DNA of 64,000 nt from Podarcis cretensis (GCA_951804945.1 OX638153.1:73966001-74030000); one strand, 5' to 3'; positions 1 through 60,204 are shown, numbered from the stretch's first letter. The notes: generated by a model from the sequence alone, not told the origin. Translations and numbers: made by a program.

Positions 1-1682
1 GAACTGCCCATTCAACCGCTTCCTTTTCTTTAGCCCAAACTGTGTGTTGCAACATGTTAGTGCATCAACTGCAGTGTCGTGCGAATGCTACCCACTCCTC
101 CCAGGGTTGGAAAGGGGCTTGTTTAACCTCTGGTTCTCCAGTAAAACTGAATTACTGTGTCACGAAATGATGCCTGTCTAAAGAGTGTGTCACCAACATG
201 AAGAGTTTGGAAAGCTCTGCTTTCACCAGTTACCAATTCATAAATCTGCTTGATTTGCCTAGTAGTTATTGCTAAATTCATTTTGCTTAGGCAGAATTTC
301 AGTTATTTCTTTAGATTACACACAGCTTTGCACAAGAGAACGCTGAAGTAGGAGTCAAGGAATCCATCTTCACTGAACTTCAGTAGTTGCTTTCAAGCAC
401 TACAGTTCATCAATTAGTCTAGTTTTAGATGAGTATTTTATTCCTGGTAACAGTGATAACCTACAGAAAATTGGTAATATAGCAACCCATAAAAGACTTT
501 CTGTAGCATTACTGATCTCTTCAAAGCGGTTATTGTCAATCCTTTTATTAACTGCAGAGATATGTCATTCAGGACACCAATCAGTGCCCCACATTATGCT
601 CTGGGAAACCAGAGTTTGCAAGCATTTTCTACAAACATCCAGAATGCCAGAGTTAGGCTTCATCACAAGCCATTCCGTTAGATACATGTGTTTGTTGCAT
701 TTAATACAATCTTTAGCTGCCACCAGCCCCATATCTAAGTGTACAGACATGCTTTTCTCAAATGGCAGCCCCCCAAGCCACATGGACTTTCAGGCACTGG
801 ATTGCTAGTATAAACTATTTAAATTTAAGAACTACAAGTCAATGAAAGCCAGGTTCTGTAGGGAGACAACATGGGTAAAAAAATATCAATACAGATGATA
901 TTTTAATACAAAATATTTTTACATAAGTCAGTCTTTTTAAAATATAGAACCTTAAAAAAAAGAACAAGTTGCTATCAACACACTATAAACATGAGTCTTT
1001 TGTGCCAAGTTTTGATAGCGTTATCAGAACAGTTTTTAAATACCAGTCCATACTTTTTAACACTGCCTTTCGGTTTCTACGAAATGCTAGCCATGTTCTG
1101 CATGACCAATTGTTATGTCCACTGTGACGCACTTCCATTCAGTTCTAATCTGACAGACTGCTCAGAGTCTTTGCACAAGGATTTCACATTCAGCTTCCCA
1201 TCACAGTTCAGTGGTGCACAGTATGGCCAGTCCCATTTAATTCAGTGAACATTAACTTAAAAGAGAATGTCAGTTACATGTACTGAAGTACATTGTGTGG
1301 TTACAGGTTCTTCGTCTGAAAAGGAAACTTGCTGATGTTTCATAGATATTCTACCCTGATCATCCAACCAAATTAACAGCACTCAAGTGTTTTATTTTGA
1401 TTTCTCAAAGTTGAATAAAGTAATCTCTGTCAGATTATCATTTAAGAGATGAACTATACAGGATGTACATCTCGGGAATGTTTTGGAATAGTCTTGTTTT
1501 TGAACTCATATAAAAATAAAAGAATACCAGATCTTGCAAACTCTTGTTTTAATGGTAAATCATCCATGACAAGGTGGCTAGCTAGCCAAGGAGAATTAAG
1601 ATGATTTACTTGCATTGGAATAATTTACACAATTGAACTTATGCATACAGTACAGAACTATGAACAAAAAGGTGAAGCAAAC

Positions 1683-1688
1683 TTTATT
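1683..1688 (-). terminator. Candidate polyadenylation signal
   Basis: AATAAA followed by gtttgcttCA and a U/GU-rich tract (tttttgttcatagttctgt) on the minus strand. Confidence 0.55.
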
Positions 1689-2516
1689 TATATTCAGGTA
1701 AAAACATTAACCTGATGAAGTAAATTATTGCAGATTTGAGAAATCAGCACAGAAAACAATTGGACAGAGCATTGCTTACATGTGTTTTATCTGTGTCAAA
1801 AGAAATGCTGAACTGTTTTGATCCACACCAGTGCTGGGGGGCAAGGTGCTAGGGGAGGGCTTAGGGGACGGAAGAGGACGTACAGGGGAAAAAAAAAACT
1901 TAAGTCAAGGGGAAAGGATTGAACAGGGAAGGAAAATACTAATTCGACTTTATAAAAAACTTTACATCAATTCAAAATGCTCTGGCCACACCATAAATAT
2001 TGGCCAGACCAATCAGTTGCTGAGTTTTTCAACTACACAAGAAAAATCAATTTCATCCTAGCCCACCAGTAAGAGGCTGTTGCCTAAATCACTGTGTGAA
2101 TGGTTCTAGAGTATTTTCTGGTAAAGATTGTAGCCAATATATCCTACTACTACATTAAACTAAGCTATAAGAAAGATTCTACCTACTTACAAAGGCGGAA
2201 TTATTGACAATATATTTAATAAAATTAAATTATTTCTTAATTTGAGAAAACATGGACCAGTAAATGCCCATGTCCAAAATGTAACAATTGTTGCGAGTGG
2301 AGTACACAGAGAGCCATGTGGATTGCACATCAGACAATACATGAGGGAGGGAAATCAGGGGCAAGTGATGGTACACAGAACTAGTCTACTTAACTAGATG
2401 TGCCAATACATGTTTTTCAATTTCTGTACTTATGTACAAAGTTGTCTTTGGGAGGAAAAAACTGCAGACTTGGCTAGATGGATACACACAGCCCAGTATT
2501 AAACTGCACAGCAACA

Positions 2517-2522
2517 TTTATT
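2517..2522 (-). terminator. Candidate proximal polyadenylation signal
   Basis: AATAAA about 310 nt after the stop, followed by GU-rich ctgtgtgtat. Confidence 0.5.
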
Positions 2523-2828
2523 GTTCCAGCCTGAAAAAACATCCCTTTTTAAATTTCACACAGCAAAGCAAGTTAAACTTCACTCATCGATAAATGATAA
2601 TTTAAAACAAGAACTTGCTAAAGAAACCTTGTCACAACAACTTTAGGGCCTGATCACTTTTAAGTCCATGGGGCCTTTAATGAGTATCAACCTAGTGTCT
2701 TTGTTTATAATCTGCAAGCCGTTTTCTACAAGGAGGCGTTACGTTTCCTCGACTCAGATGATACATTTAGAAAAGAATCATGATTCTCTTTTTGCTGTAA
2801 CAGGCAGACATTGCATTTTTCATTGTGA

Positions 2829-49201
<46,373 letters not shown>

Positions 49202-49218
<17 letters not shown>

Positions 49219-49264
49219 TGGCACCTCTCTCCTGAAGGGACATACCCTTTCTAGACACTACCAT
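49202..49264 (-). promoter_or_regulatory. Upstream ORF overlapping the TRIP12 start codon out of frame ([20 protein letters not shown])
   Basis: ATG at 49264 and a second in-frame ATG at 49243; first ATG is 46 nt upstream of the main ATG; TAG at 49202-49204. Confidence 0.6.
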
Positions 49265-51255
49265 TCACTGAAAGACAAAAAAAGAGCCCCAATGAGAATA
49301 TCTGGCCTCTGTTGCAATGTTTACATATTATGATAAAGGTTAATTAATCCTCACAATATTTTAGAGAAAACAGAATTATATACCAATGACCATTTCAAAC
49401 AATGACCAAATATCACTTATTAATGTTTCTAAAGCATTGCTTGCTAGGATACATTAGCAGATAGAAAGAGAAAGAGAACACAATCAGTGTTTTTTTAAAA
49501 AATAATCAACAGATTTAAACCAAATCAGAAAGGGCTTATGTACACAATATCCTCTTGGCCATCACTAGGTTGCAGAAGCATAGTATTCTCTTTCTCAGAA
49601 AACCCCCCAGCTTCAACCACCATTGATGCCAACTAGAGTCATTACTAGACAGTTGGAACTAGCTTCAAATCCTGGCAAAAACCCTAGTTAGTGCCAAGAA
49701 TAGTTAAAGTCAGTTCCAATATAAGCCTTAATCAGTAATAGGCTGATTAATTCATGCAGAAAAATGAGAGTTGTTGAGTAATCCCTCATAGTTAAGGGAA
49801 TGGGAGAACTGTGAGAGCATCACATATATGAGTTCTTACATGTGCTGCTCTCCAATGCACAAACATCACTACTTTTAATTTTGTGACAGTTCCTTCAACA
49901 AGATTCCTCAACAAATGCTTGTATAAACGAGCACAGATTGCTCAGACTGTAATACTAGTTTATTGGTTTATTAAATTTCTATACCACCTTCATCCCAAAA
50001 TTACAGGGCGATTTACATTATAAAAACTGAGAAATACATAACATAGAAGCAAACAAAAACAATACCACTAGCCGCCGCCGCCCCCGAATTTAAAAGGCCA
50101 TAGATGAATATGCCACTCTTAGCCAGGGAGAAGCTCGAAGATGGCTAATCTGCAAGGAAGGAAGACCTTACCAAAGGCATGATTTCAGCATACACTGTCA
50201 ATAAATAGCATTTAAAATTGTCCAATGTTTAACGATAAATAATGACTTTGGGAATGTTACAGCAACTACATTGTGGCACTGCATTTTAAGGGTTTATGAA
50301 GAGCAAAAATGCATACGATGGCTGTGAGGCTTGAAAACATATTACTTTGCTAATGACCTCAGAAGTAAAGCTCCACACTGCGATGTCAATGTCCTTGGTG
50401 ATAAAAATCTAACGTTTGCACCATTTCCACGTACAGCAGCTAGTCCTAGAAGTGTGTTGACCATGACATTTTATACTTAGACCATTCACAGTATTCCACC
50501 TTCCACTTAACATGGAAACAATTATCTAAAAAACAGGTAGGAAAATACCTTTTGCTTATGCTGCAGTCATTTACACACTCAGAAGTAGCCCCAATTGAAC
50601 TCAGTGGAAATCACTTCCAGGTAAGCAATCTTGTTGAAAATATACCTTCCATCAGCCCCAGCTGACATGGCCAATTGCCAGGAATGGCCTTTTTTGTAAT
50701 CCAACATTTGGAGGGCCACAGATTTCCCACCCCTGAAGTACAAGATCATAGTGTTTTACAATAAACACAGAAGCACAGAGACAGAGCAGAGGATCCTGCC
50801 AGCTTGGTTTCAATAGTACAGGAGGGCAGATGAATAAGATGAATGGGGGCAAATGCTATTCTACATATACAGGCTTTGTTTCAGTTGCTAATGAGAGGTG
50901 AGTGTTAAATGTGAGGTGGTTTTTGAAAGACAAGGTACTGTATTGCCAAAAGTTCTGGGAGAAAAGACAAAATTATCAATTCAGTGTTGCAAGCCCAAGT
51001 CTGTGAATTCACTCCCAACTGAGATTACAGGCATCATCCTTGCTGAACAGGTGCATGACAAGGTCTTCCTTATTCCAGTACACATTTTATGGTAGTGCAT
51101 GGGCTTATGCTTAGTTTTATATAAAATCATGCTTTATTTACTGATTTCAAAAATATTTGTACTTATAAAAGCACAAACTTTCACACTCAACACAGTAAAG
51201 TGAACTATGGCTTACTGGGAACATGCAAATGTGTGGGCTCTCAGAAAAAGGCTTA

Positions 51256-51500
51256 AGCCAGCATGGTTGTGTAGTGGTTAAGAGTGGTGGACTTGTAATC
51301 TGGTGAACCAGGTTCGCTTCCCCGCTCCTCCACATGCAGCTGCTGGGTGACCTTGGGCTAGTCACACTTCTCTGAAGACTCTCAGCCTCACTCACCTCAG
51401 AGTGTTTGTTGTGGGGGAGGAAGGGAAAGGAGATTGTTAGCTGTTTTGAGACTCCTTAAGGGGAGTGAAAGGCGGGATATCAAGCCAAAACTCTTCTTCT
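51256..51500 (+). mobile_element. tRNA-derived SINE (Squam3-like)
   Basis: A-box-like TGTGTAGTGG, B-box-like GGTTCGCTTCC, core TGGGTGACCTTGGGCTAGTCAC, CTT tail; CTTAAG on both sides. Confidence 0.75.
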
Positions 51501-52048
51501 TAAGAGCACTTTGATCCTTACTCATCCTTTTTGCTCTGGTAGCAAGCTGAGCTAAGCCAATGCTTGACTTAGCATATCATCCCAAGTCAGGCTCGCTCCT
51601 GATTAAGGTATCGCCTCACTAACCACAAGCTGTAGCCAAAAACAAGCCTTGGCATCCAACTGTGGTTAGTGAAAAGGGACCTTAATTGCAAGTGTGATTT
51701 TAGACAACATGTTAAGCCAAACTTAACTGATGAGCCATAGCTTGGCCTATCATGCTATGCAAGCGATACCAATATATTGGTTTGTACTATGGAATACCAC
51801 GAGTCTTACTTAAGCCTTTATTGCGGTTTCATGTAATTTCACCTTTCAGTTCACAACTACAAGGTTAGCTTTGATTTAATCATATATTCCTCTAAACTCA
51901 CCTTTTAGTATTTTTCTAATGTTTAGTAATTGCCAGTTTTGCTGATGAATCAGATTGTGCCATTTCTTTACAGTCAGTTATATACAGAATCTGTGCAATG
52001 ACAAAACTATTTCAGCTCGGAAGTTTAAAGAATAGGGAGGAAGCTGTA

Positions 52049-52053
<5 letters not shown>

Positions 52054-52085
<32 letters not shown>
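52054..52085. repeat. (TG)n microsatellite
   Basis: About 16 TG units. Confidence 0.95.
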
Positions 52086-52089
<4 letters not shown>

Positions 52090-52439
52090 AAGTAAGAGAC
52101 CTCGTGGCTAGGTGTTACAACTAATCAATATTTAGCATCATTATTACAAATATAGTAGCATTCTGGGCTGAAACAGCTGTTATACCAGTATTAGTCCTCA
52201 GTAACAGATTTACGTATTGTGAGATAGAACAGCAAATTATAGGGTATAACAAGTTTGAACAGAAGTTAGTGCCTTATCTTAAGAATGTTCTGTCCAAAAC
52301 ACTCCAACAGTTATCTGAATGATTTGTGCTTATTTATCCTCTCTTGCAGGAGCAAGTTGCCATCTGAACAAGATTCTAATTCCTTTCTTCCAGTTTCTTT
52401 CAAGTTTCCTCAGTTCTACCCTATTGTGAGTACACCATA

Positions 52440-52739
52440 AAGGTAAAGGTAAAGGTACCCCTGCCCGTACGGGCCAGTCTTGACAGACTCTGGGGTTGTG
52501 CGCCCATCTCACTTAAGAGGCCAGGGGCCAGCGCTGTCCGGAGACACTTCCGGGTCACGTGGCCAGCGTGACATCGCTGCTCTGGCGAGCCAGAGCCGCA
52601 CACGGAAACGCCGTTTACCTTCCCGCTGGTAAGCGGTCCCTATTTATCTACTTGCACCCGGCGGTGCTTTCGAACTGCTAGGTTGGCAGGCGCTGGGACC
52701 GAGCAGCGGGAGCGCACCCCGCCACAGGGATTCGAACCG
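52440..52739 (-). mobile_element. Sauria SINE, second subfamily, 5'-truncated at the B box
   Basis: (AAGGTA)n tail on the + strand; CpG-rich body; TSD CACCATA at 52433-52439 and 52740-52746. Confidence 0.88.
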
Positions 52740-55660
52740 CACCATAGCCATGTCCATTTGGTCACATTTTATTAAGTGTTGCAGTAATGCAGTTCAAGTA
52801 TTTAACATGCACACAAAAGGTTCTGTTTCATTTGTTCATAAGCTTGCCAAAATGTTATAAAACATGTATGGCTTTGGGGTGGTTTGACACAGAAGCTTCA
52901 TTGTACTAAATAGGTTCTGCTTAAGCCTTCTTTTGTAGAGCTTTTAATATTTTTGGATAGGACAGGACTAGAGGATCCCATCAGTCACCTGGCATGAATG
53001 TTTAAGGCATTAAAATGTATACAAATCCATTCGCAATTGCCCCAAATTTTCAGTATAATGGCAAGAGAACCAACCAAAAATTAATTTTTAAAATTAATAA
53101 TTAAATGTGGTATACCTAAATCCAGATGTGTCTGTTCAGTTGAACGGACACATGGAATCTATGCAACTGACCTTACTCTTCCACATTACAAGTACCCAAC
53201 TGGCAAGCAATACCACCCACACAGAAGGACGGAGTTGGGTGGGACCTTAGAAGTCATCTAGTCCAACCCCCTACACAATATTTTCAGTTGCATGAACTCC
53301 ATGTTTCTGTTCCAGTGACCAAATGAATTTGGGGTTTTGCTCCACTTCTCCGTCACCGACATACATGCTGCTCCAAGTTAGCGATGAAGCTTGAACCAAA
53401 CACAATATAGCACATCACAATACACCATACACATATTGCCTAAATAAAATTTCCTAGCATTTTTGGAGTTTCCGTGAACATGGAAAGCCCTTAACAAAAC
53501 ATGTTAAACTCACAGTGGAGGGTTTTTTTGTTAATTTATACTTGCTTTATAATCTTAATTTTCTAAAAAGGTCTGAACCATTCTTAAAAAGAGAACCATG
53601 TTTAGGCCACAAGCTATTTAATTATAATGTGAGCACCTATTATTGTCTTAGCTAGGTAAACTGACTTCAGTTTTAAAAGATACTGCCAGTCCTGCAAAAT
53701 CGCTATCTGAAACTCAAGCTAGATTTCTGCTCTTATATCCTTAGTGGATTTAACTACATTGTTTCCCTGTTTAATTTATTGTGTTTGCATGGTTTGTGCA
53801 TATGCAACTCATTAGTTATACAATGCTAGTTTGAATGTTTTTTGTCAGTGCCAAGGGCAGAGTCATTTTTTAGTCCCCTGCAGTACAGAAGCCTTTTGCA
53901 AACACTACTATTTATTTAATGTCTCTATGGAATAACAGGCAGAAACTTGATTTTTAGAAGAATCTGAAATGCTAGTTACTAGATTCTGAAACTGTTACTA
54001 GATTCCATGCACACTGCAACAAAAAAATGTAGATGAGTACATATCTTAACATAAGGAAAGGAGGAATTTTCTTTTTTCATAGCTCTGGCTACCAAAACTT
54101 TCTTAATGATTTATGTCCCTTCAAAACTTAAGAATTAGTTCATAACCTGGGAATTCACAAACTTCATTTCTCACCATCAATTTCTAATACAGCTTCTGCA
54201 GGAGGTGGATCTAAGTCACTTCTGCAAAGCAGGAAACATTATCATGTCTTCTTTCGTTCACGCATAAGTATGATATAGCAATTAAAGCACAACAGTACAT
54301 GCAATACTTATGAACATATGCACATGTCTGATATCTCAACTAAGGTCTTTTGAGGCAGAAGGCAGAAATGACAAGGTCTATTTTTGGACAAGAACTGCTT
54401 GTCAAGATTAAGGCGGATTCCCACATGACCAACCTGTCAAGATCACATGATGTTACACCCTTTAATATATATATTTCTAGGTAAGTATACCTAAGGACAG
54501 GCTACACAACTCAGTTTGACTAGAAACATTTTCTGGTCTTTGGGAGGAAGGAAAGGCACCTATTTATTCGAAGTTACTACAAGATTGAAACACTAGTAAC
54601 TCCCCCCCCCCCTTCATTATCTTCCATCTATTCAGGATCCTTTATAAACACAGAACAGTAATCCTTATTCTATTGCTTCTAAACAATCCATGTACCACAT
54701 CAACCTTAGAGGGCAATTTAAAAAGTTTAAGGGTTTGAGAATAATTTCATTTTTAAATGGCTTAAAAAAATAATACATGTTAAAAAACAGTTAAAAAGTG
54801 GGCTATTAGACTTTGTGGGCTTATTTGCAAGCCTACATTGCCACCCTGTAATTCCACACTCTTGTGTCACCATTTGCCTACTTAATTCTTAATTTATCTC
54901 ATTTAAAGTGTTCAAACTGTTTCCTATGTTTTATTTCAGCTATTTTTAATAATATTTACAACTACAAAGTTCTGCTCACAGAGGACACTAAACCTAACTA
55001 TGGCTAACCATGAATGAGCAAGCATATTGGGGGCACATTTAGAAAACGGCAGCCACTTTGCTCCCCCACACAGTGCAGCTGCTATTGTGCTGCTGGGAGC
55101 TAAGCCATGTTTGGCTTAGAGTTACAAAGCAAAGCAAACATGATTGCTTGTTCATAGTTTGGGCTTAGCATTACATATGAACCAGGACAACAGGTCAGAT
55201 AGGCGGGCTGAAAGAATTATGACTTGCCTAAGGCATTCACTGAAATTGTGGGAAAAGTCAGTTTGCAGCAGAAGAGATTTGCATCAGGGATGCTACAGTT
55301 GATCAATCCTATGCTTCATTACTGTGCTAAGCAAGTTGTAGTTTTTGTTTTAATTCTGATCTCAGTTACAGAAATTACAACAGAGGCCAGAGTTACCAAA
55401 ACATGAGGCAAGAGAAGAAAAGGGAGGGGGAAAACTGGACAGTGTAGTAAACCAATGATCAACTGCTGAGATCTGAAGTACAGTACAAATTAAAATTCCC
55501 TTAGAAATGTCTATATACTTTGGATGTAATGTAAGTTAGAATTATGGGAAATTAAATGTAGGCCTCTCTCTATTTTAGTAGAAAGGCCACCTAAGAGTGC
55601 CCCTGCCTAGGAGCAATATTAGTACCCATTATCTAAAAGGTACTACCTACCATGCTGAAG

Positions 55661-56006
55661 GGATGCGTGTGGCGCTGCAGGTTAAACCACAGAGCCTAGG
55701 ACTTGCAGATCAGAAGGTTGGTAATCCCCGCGATGGGGTAGGCTCCCATTGTTCGGTCCCTGCTCCTGCCAACCTAGCAGTTCGAAAGCATGTTAAAGTG
55801 CAAGGAGATAAATAGGTACCGCTCCGGCGGGAAAGTAAACAGCGTTTCCGTGCGCTTCTCTGGTTACCAGAAGCGGCTTAGTCATGCTGGCCACATGACG
55901 CGGAAGCTGTACACCGGCTCCCTCGGCCAATAAAGCGAGATGAGCGCCACAACCCCAGAGTCGGCCATGACTGGACCTAATGGTCAGGGGTCCCTTTAAC
56001 TTTACC
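55661..56006 (+). mobile_element. Full-length Sauria SINE (Squam1)
   Basis: tRNA-like head, diagnostic body (GCAAGGAGATAAATAGGTACCGCTCCGGCGGGAAAGTAAAC), ACCTTT-type tail; TACCATGCTGAAGG duplicated at 55648-55661 and 56003-56016. Confidence 0.9.
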
Positions 56007-56840
56007 ATGCTGAAGGTAAATCAGCTACCCATATTAAAACAGCAATTCAGTTACATACTTTAGGTGTCAGTTCCATTGAGCTCCCTTCTGAGTCAATTGT
56101 GCATGAAAGCACAAGACAGAACCAGGACCCAAATTATTATTTCAGTTAAGAAATATCAATCAAGGGAAGATTGTACAAAGAGTTGGGGGGAAAAGAAAAA
56201 ATTGCTAAAATCCATTTTTATCTTCTTTATCTATAGTTTCATTTTCACATCAGGTAGCTCCAGAGGAACAAAGATTTTGGGCCAGATTCAACTGAACAGT
56301 TGCTCTGGCAGGGCCAGCTCAACAAGTCCCGCTAACACAATGGGGCTTTCCACCACTCTCCTCTGCACCTCCTCCCGCCAAAACCGTTCGGTTCTGTGTT
56401 TTAGTTAGATGAAAATTACTGCAGCTTTCTTTCAGTTAATTGAACAGAGTAGAATCTCTAGGGATTTAATCTCTAGAAAATTAAGGAAGTAAATGCTTCT
56501 TCTATTAGTAAAATAACGTATGTGCTCAAAACAACAAAATATTTCTTTCGAGATATAATTGTGTTATTCTGTTACTATATCCAATATGTCACTTCTTCTG
56601 AGACATATGTAACTACCTCACTTTTTATTTTTGACTACATATATTACACTACGCAAAATGTTAACATTTATGCATTTTTGAGGCAGCCAAGATTTAATCA
56701 GCTGGCCAGTTGTTTTTAAAAAGCAAACAAACCAAAAAATGCCCCAGTTAATGAGTCAGATCAAACTTTTGCCCTTAACTGCCGACAGCAGCGTTCATGA
56801 CATCATGCCAGTGCTGAGGATTGTCATGGATCCTACTCAG

Positions 56841-56994
56841 ATGCCAACAGCTCAGTCGGTAAGGCATGAGACACTTAATCTCAGAGGTGTGGGTTCAAGC
56901 CGCATGTTGGGCAAAAGATTCCTGCATTGCAGGGGGTTGGACCAGATAATCTCCGTGGTCCCTTCCAACTCTACAGTTCTATGATTCAATCTAT
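56841..56994 (+). mobile_element. tRNA-Lys-headed SINE with CR1-type tail (Squam2-like)
   Basis: Head AGCTCAGTCGGTAAGGCATGAGACACTTAATCTCAG...GGTTCAAGCC resembles tRNA-Lys(CTT); tail GGTCCCTTCCAACTCTACAGTTCTATGATTC. Confidence 0.8.
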
Positions 56995-57524
56995 GTGCAC
57001 TTTATACCAGGGCTAACCCTTTCTCCCTATTCTATAAGCCACCACTCAGCTCACCACTGAAGGATAAGAAAAAGGGCTGCCTTTGTTCACTACAAATCAC
57101 ATAAACAATGAGATTATTCAGGATTTGGAGATAAAGCATGGTCATGCTCACTGAAAGCAATATTCCAATATATATAAATACTTGCTTCTACATCTCAATT
57201 CACTCTGGATACACCATCAATTGTGGCTTCAATATATAATTAACTCTGATAATTCACATTAAGATTTTTATTGTACAATATTTACTCCCATATTCTTTTT
57301 GGAATTAGGATGTTCATGGTAGTATATATATAGGATTTTTTTGTGATCAGCATTTATCTGCTTCTGAGTTTTCTTTTCCTGTTTTAGAGGGTTGGGGGGG
57401 GTTGGGGTGGCGGGTAACCTAGTTGGCATCTTCTGGTCTCCTCAAAGCCCAAGGTTGGGATAGAAAGACAAACTGCTAAAGTGATCAAACAAGCTTCTTT
57501 GTTAAGTTAATAGTTCTAGCTATG

Positions 57525-57902
57525 TGTTAAGTATTTCTCTGCATGACTTAAGAATTCAGCTGACTGGTTGCCACAGAAACTACTAGCTGATGCTTTCAGA
57601 AGCAGAATAAAGGGGGGGCTTCTCTCCTGTGTGTCTGGAGGGAATGCAATGGGGCAAGTGTAAGAAGAAAACTGAGCTGGAAAGAGACTCAAGCTTGACT
57701 TGCTCTGTGTACTGAATTCAAAGTTCCAGCTTGCAGGGCAGGGGGACAATGAGAGATCCAATAGGGTAGCAATATTATTTGTGTGTAAATAAAAACATCT
57801 ATCACACAAAAACCACACAGAATGTCCTTCATCTAAGCCTGAGTTGTATGCTGGCACTCTTGAAATCTCTCACTACTTAGAGAGACTGACATGTGCACAA
57901 CA
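57525..57902 (+). mobile_element. Possible solo LTR
   Basis: TGTT...AACA termini; AATAAA at 57788; no clean TSD. Confidence 0.35.
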
Positions 57903-58459
57903 TACCTATCTCATTATTTATACCCCAGTCCATAACTACATTTGGTTAAACTTTCCCTTATTAAATGGAAGCATCAGACATTAATCAATAGCTGCTTCAA
58001 TAGAAAGACACTGAACAGTCCATGATCATCTAGTAAGTGTTGTGTCCATACATGTGTTCATATACATTCATCCCCCTTCCTGTTCCTAAATTGGAGTAGC
58101 ATGGGAACTACTGTAAAGCGAAAAGACATAATCCAAAGGAAATTTTTCATTTATAAAACTGAAGTTTTATGAAACAAAACATGCTCAGAAAAAGAGAGTT
58201 TCAAAAGAATGAACCAACAGTGGTAATTTTTCCACTTGTTACGTAGTGAACTGCCCTTCACTTCCCAATCACTGCTCCTGGCTGAGTTATGAGAAGAGAC
58301 ACAATGGGAAGATGTTTAGTCTGCCACAGCCCTAGAGGGAAGAAACATGGTCAAGTGACTAAAGCAGCAACCTGCCCCTTCTGACCCCTCAAGCTGGAGT
58401 AAGAAGCTTCTTTTGCCCCTTATCAACTGTATTTGAGATCACAACCCGTTTACTTTATT

Positions 58460-58613
58460 CAGTGCTCTTTTTCCTGTAGAAAAAAGGTTTAGGGGCACTC
58501 ATATTCCTACTCATATTGAAATACTGCCCCTTAATGAGGCCAAACTTAGATTCACAAAGTGTTTGGGGGTATGCATACTCGTGCACCCCCCCCCCCCCAG
58601 AAAAAACCCACTG
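58460..58613. mobile_element. Probable small hAT-type MITE
   Basis: Ends CAGTGCTCTTTTT / AAAAAACCCACTG; partial flanking duplication ACTTT. Confidence 0.5.
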
Positions 58614-60204
58614 ACTTTGCCACATTAAACTGTCTCCATAGTCTCTGTAAGTACTGTTTTTTAAGAAGAGTGTTGCTAATTAATTTTCTTAAACACATGA
58701 CTAACAAACTGCCTGCCATTATAACAGGAAGGATGTGTTGAAGGACAGCCTGTATATTGCAGAAACGTCATAGGAAGGGAAGTTGCAAAGCTTCTGTTCC
58801 CAGCAGTGCCTTCCTACCTTCCATGGATGGCAGCCAACCAACCCCATTGACAGCTATGTGGGCAGGCCACTTAACCCATTTGAACACATCCATTTGTCCT
58901 ACAGAATTCTGTAGCAGATACTAAGAACCATGGCACCTTATCTGGATTACCCTTCATGGGCTCCACTGCTTGGAGAGAAGCTGGTGCCGTGAAAAGTTAA
59001 TCTTATTTTATTTTTTGTCTTATTATTTTATAGGCCTGCCCTGTCCATACTGCCGGGGAACAAATCAGAGTCTGACTTGTGAGGATGCTTGAACCAAAGC
59101 TCGTGGTTTGTTTCTCTCCAAACAAGCCATGGGTAACCAAGGCTTGCTCTTGGGGAAACCAAACCATGAACCTGGGTTTGGAGGGATATGACAAGTCCTA
59201 CTGTAGTTTGATTTGTCTGCAGTGCAGCAGCAGCAAGAGCAGGAAAGGAGTGCAGGATAAACTTTTCAGCAGCAGGCAGCAATACACTCCTACATGTTAA
59301 TGTTAAACATTAACATGACATTTATGGTTTACATTTTACATGCATACTTGACCATTTTCAACGGGAAGTCTGGATGGAACACCACCTGTTTCTTCCTCTA
59401 ACCTGCTGTTATGTCATTATTAAAATGTAGACTGTGACACCACTCAATTTATTGGTCAAATATTAAATTGGCGGTTTTAAAAAATAAAATCCTTTTCTAA
59501 GTGGTAGTCTATTTTATTATATATTATCTTCCAGTTTCAATAGCAGTAATGCGGGCCTATCCTGCTGTTAGACACACAGTGCCAAACTAATATAAGCACT
59601 TGCTCCCTCTACCGCATAACTCTCTTAAGAAAACAGCTGCCCTCCATTATATCACACAGTCTCAACTTATCCAACTGCTATCTCTGTTCACACGCACTCA
59701 CTTGCAAGCAGGATGCACCTGCACTTTTCACAATGACACAGGCGTAGCTGGTTAGGATTTTACATTAGGTTGGTCACTGCTTGGTAGAATGAACATGCGT
59801 GCACCATTAAGACTTTCTACTAAGAAAGTGAAAGCACCAAGTCTGTGCATGTCCATATAGCTCTGCCCTTTAAAGATATTGCATCACAATACTTGGAGAA
59901 GGGGGGAAAGTGGTGGATTGCTCAGTTCTGATGGACCACTGACTATTAGAAGCAGCTTCAGTTTTTGCAGCCTGATGATGCTAGCAACGTGTTTGTGAAC
60001 ATGCATTCAACTATTTCCCCCTCACAACCCTTGTCCGTCATGGCTAATTAAAGCCTGGGTGGGTTCAGGGTGTGGTGAATGTGCCTTTGTATGAGAGGGG
60101 TGTGCCTGGCACCTTGAAGGAGGCAGCTGTGTGGCCACTCTTAAACCTCACCTTGGACCTCATGGCATTTAACAGTTGAAAATACCCACTTTAAGGGTAA
60201 GGTA

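Larger units (their letters stand above)
880..2828 (-). other. TRIP12: TRIP12 3' UTR (lower boundary uncertain)
   Basis: AU-rich, with no recognisable repeats, after the stop codon. Minus-strand AATAAA at 2517-2522, 1683-1688 and 1391-1396; ATTAAA at 902-907. Confidence 0.65.

Noticed and set aside
1835-1870. G-quadruplex-like run
   Set aside because: The G-tracts are on the template strand, not in the mRNA, and one loop is long.
533-2061. Short ORFs in and beyond the 3' UTR
   Set aside because: No recognisable protein features or exon structure; lengths are as expected by chance.
56841-56915. tRNA-Lys gene
   Set aside because: Stems are mutated and the head is fused to a CR1-type tail, so it is a SINE head.
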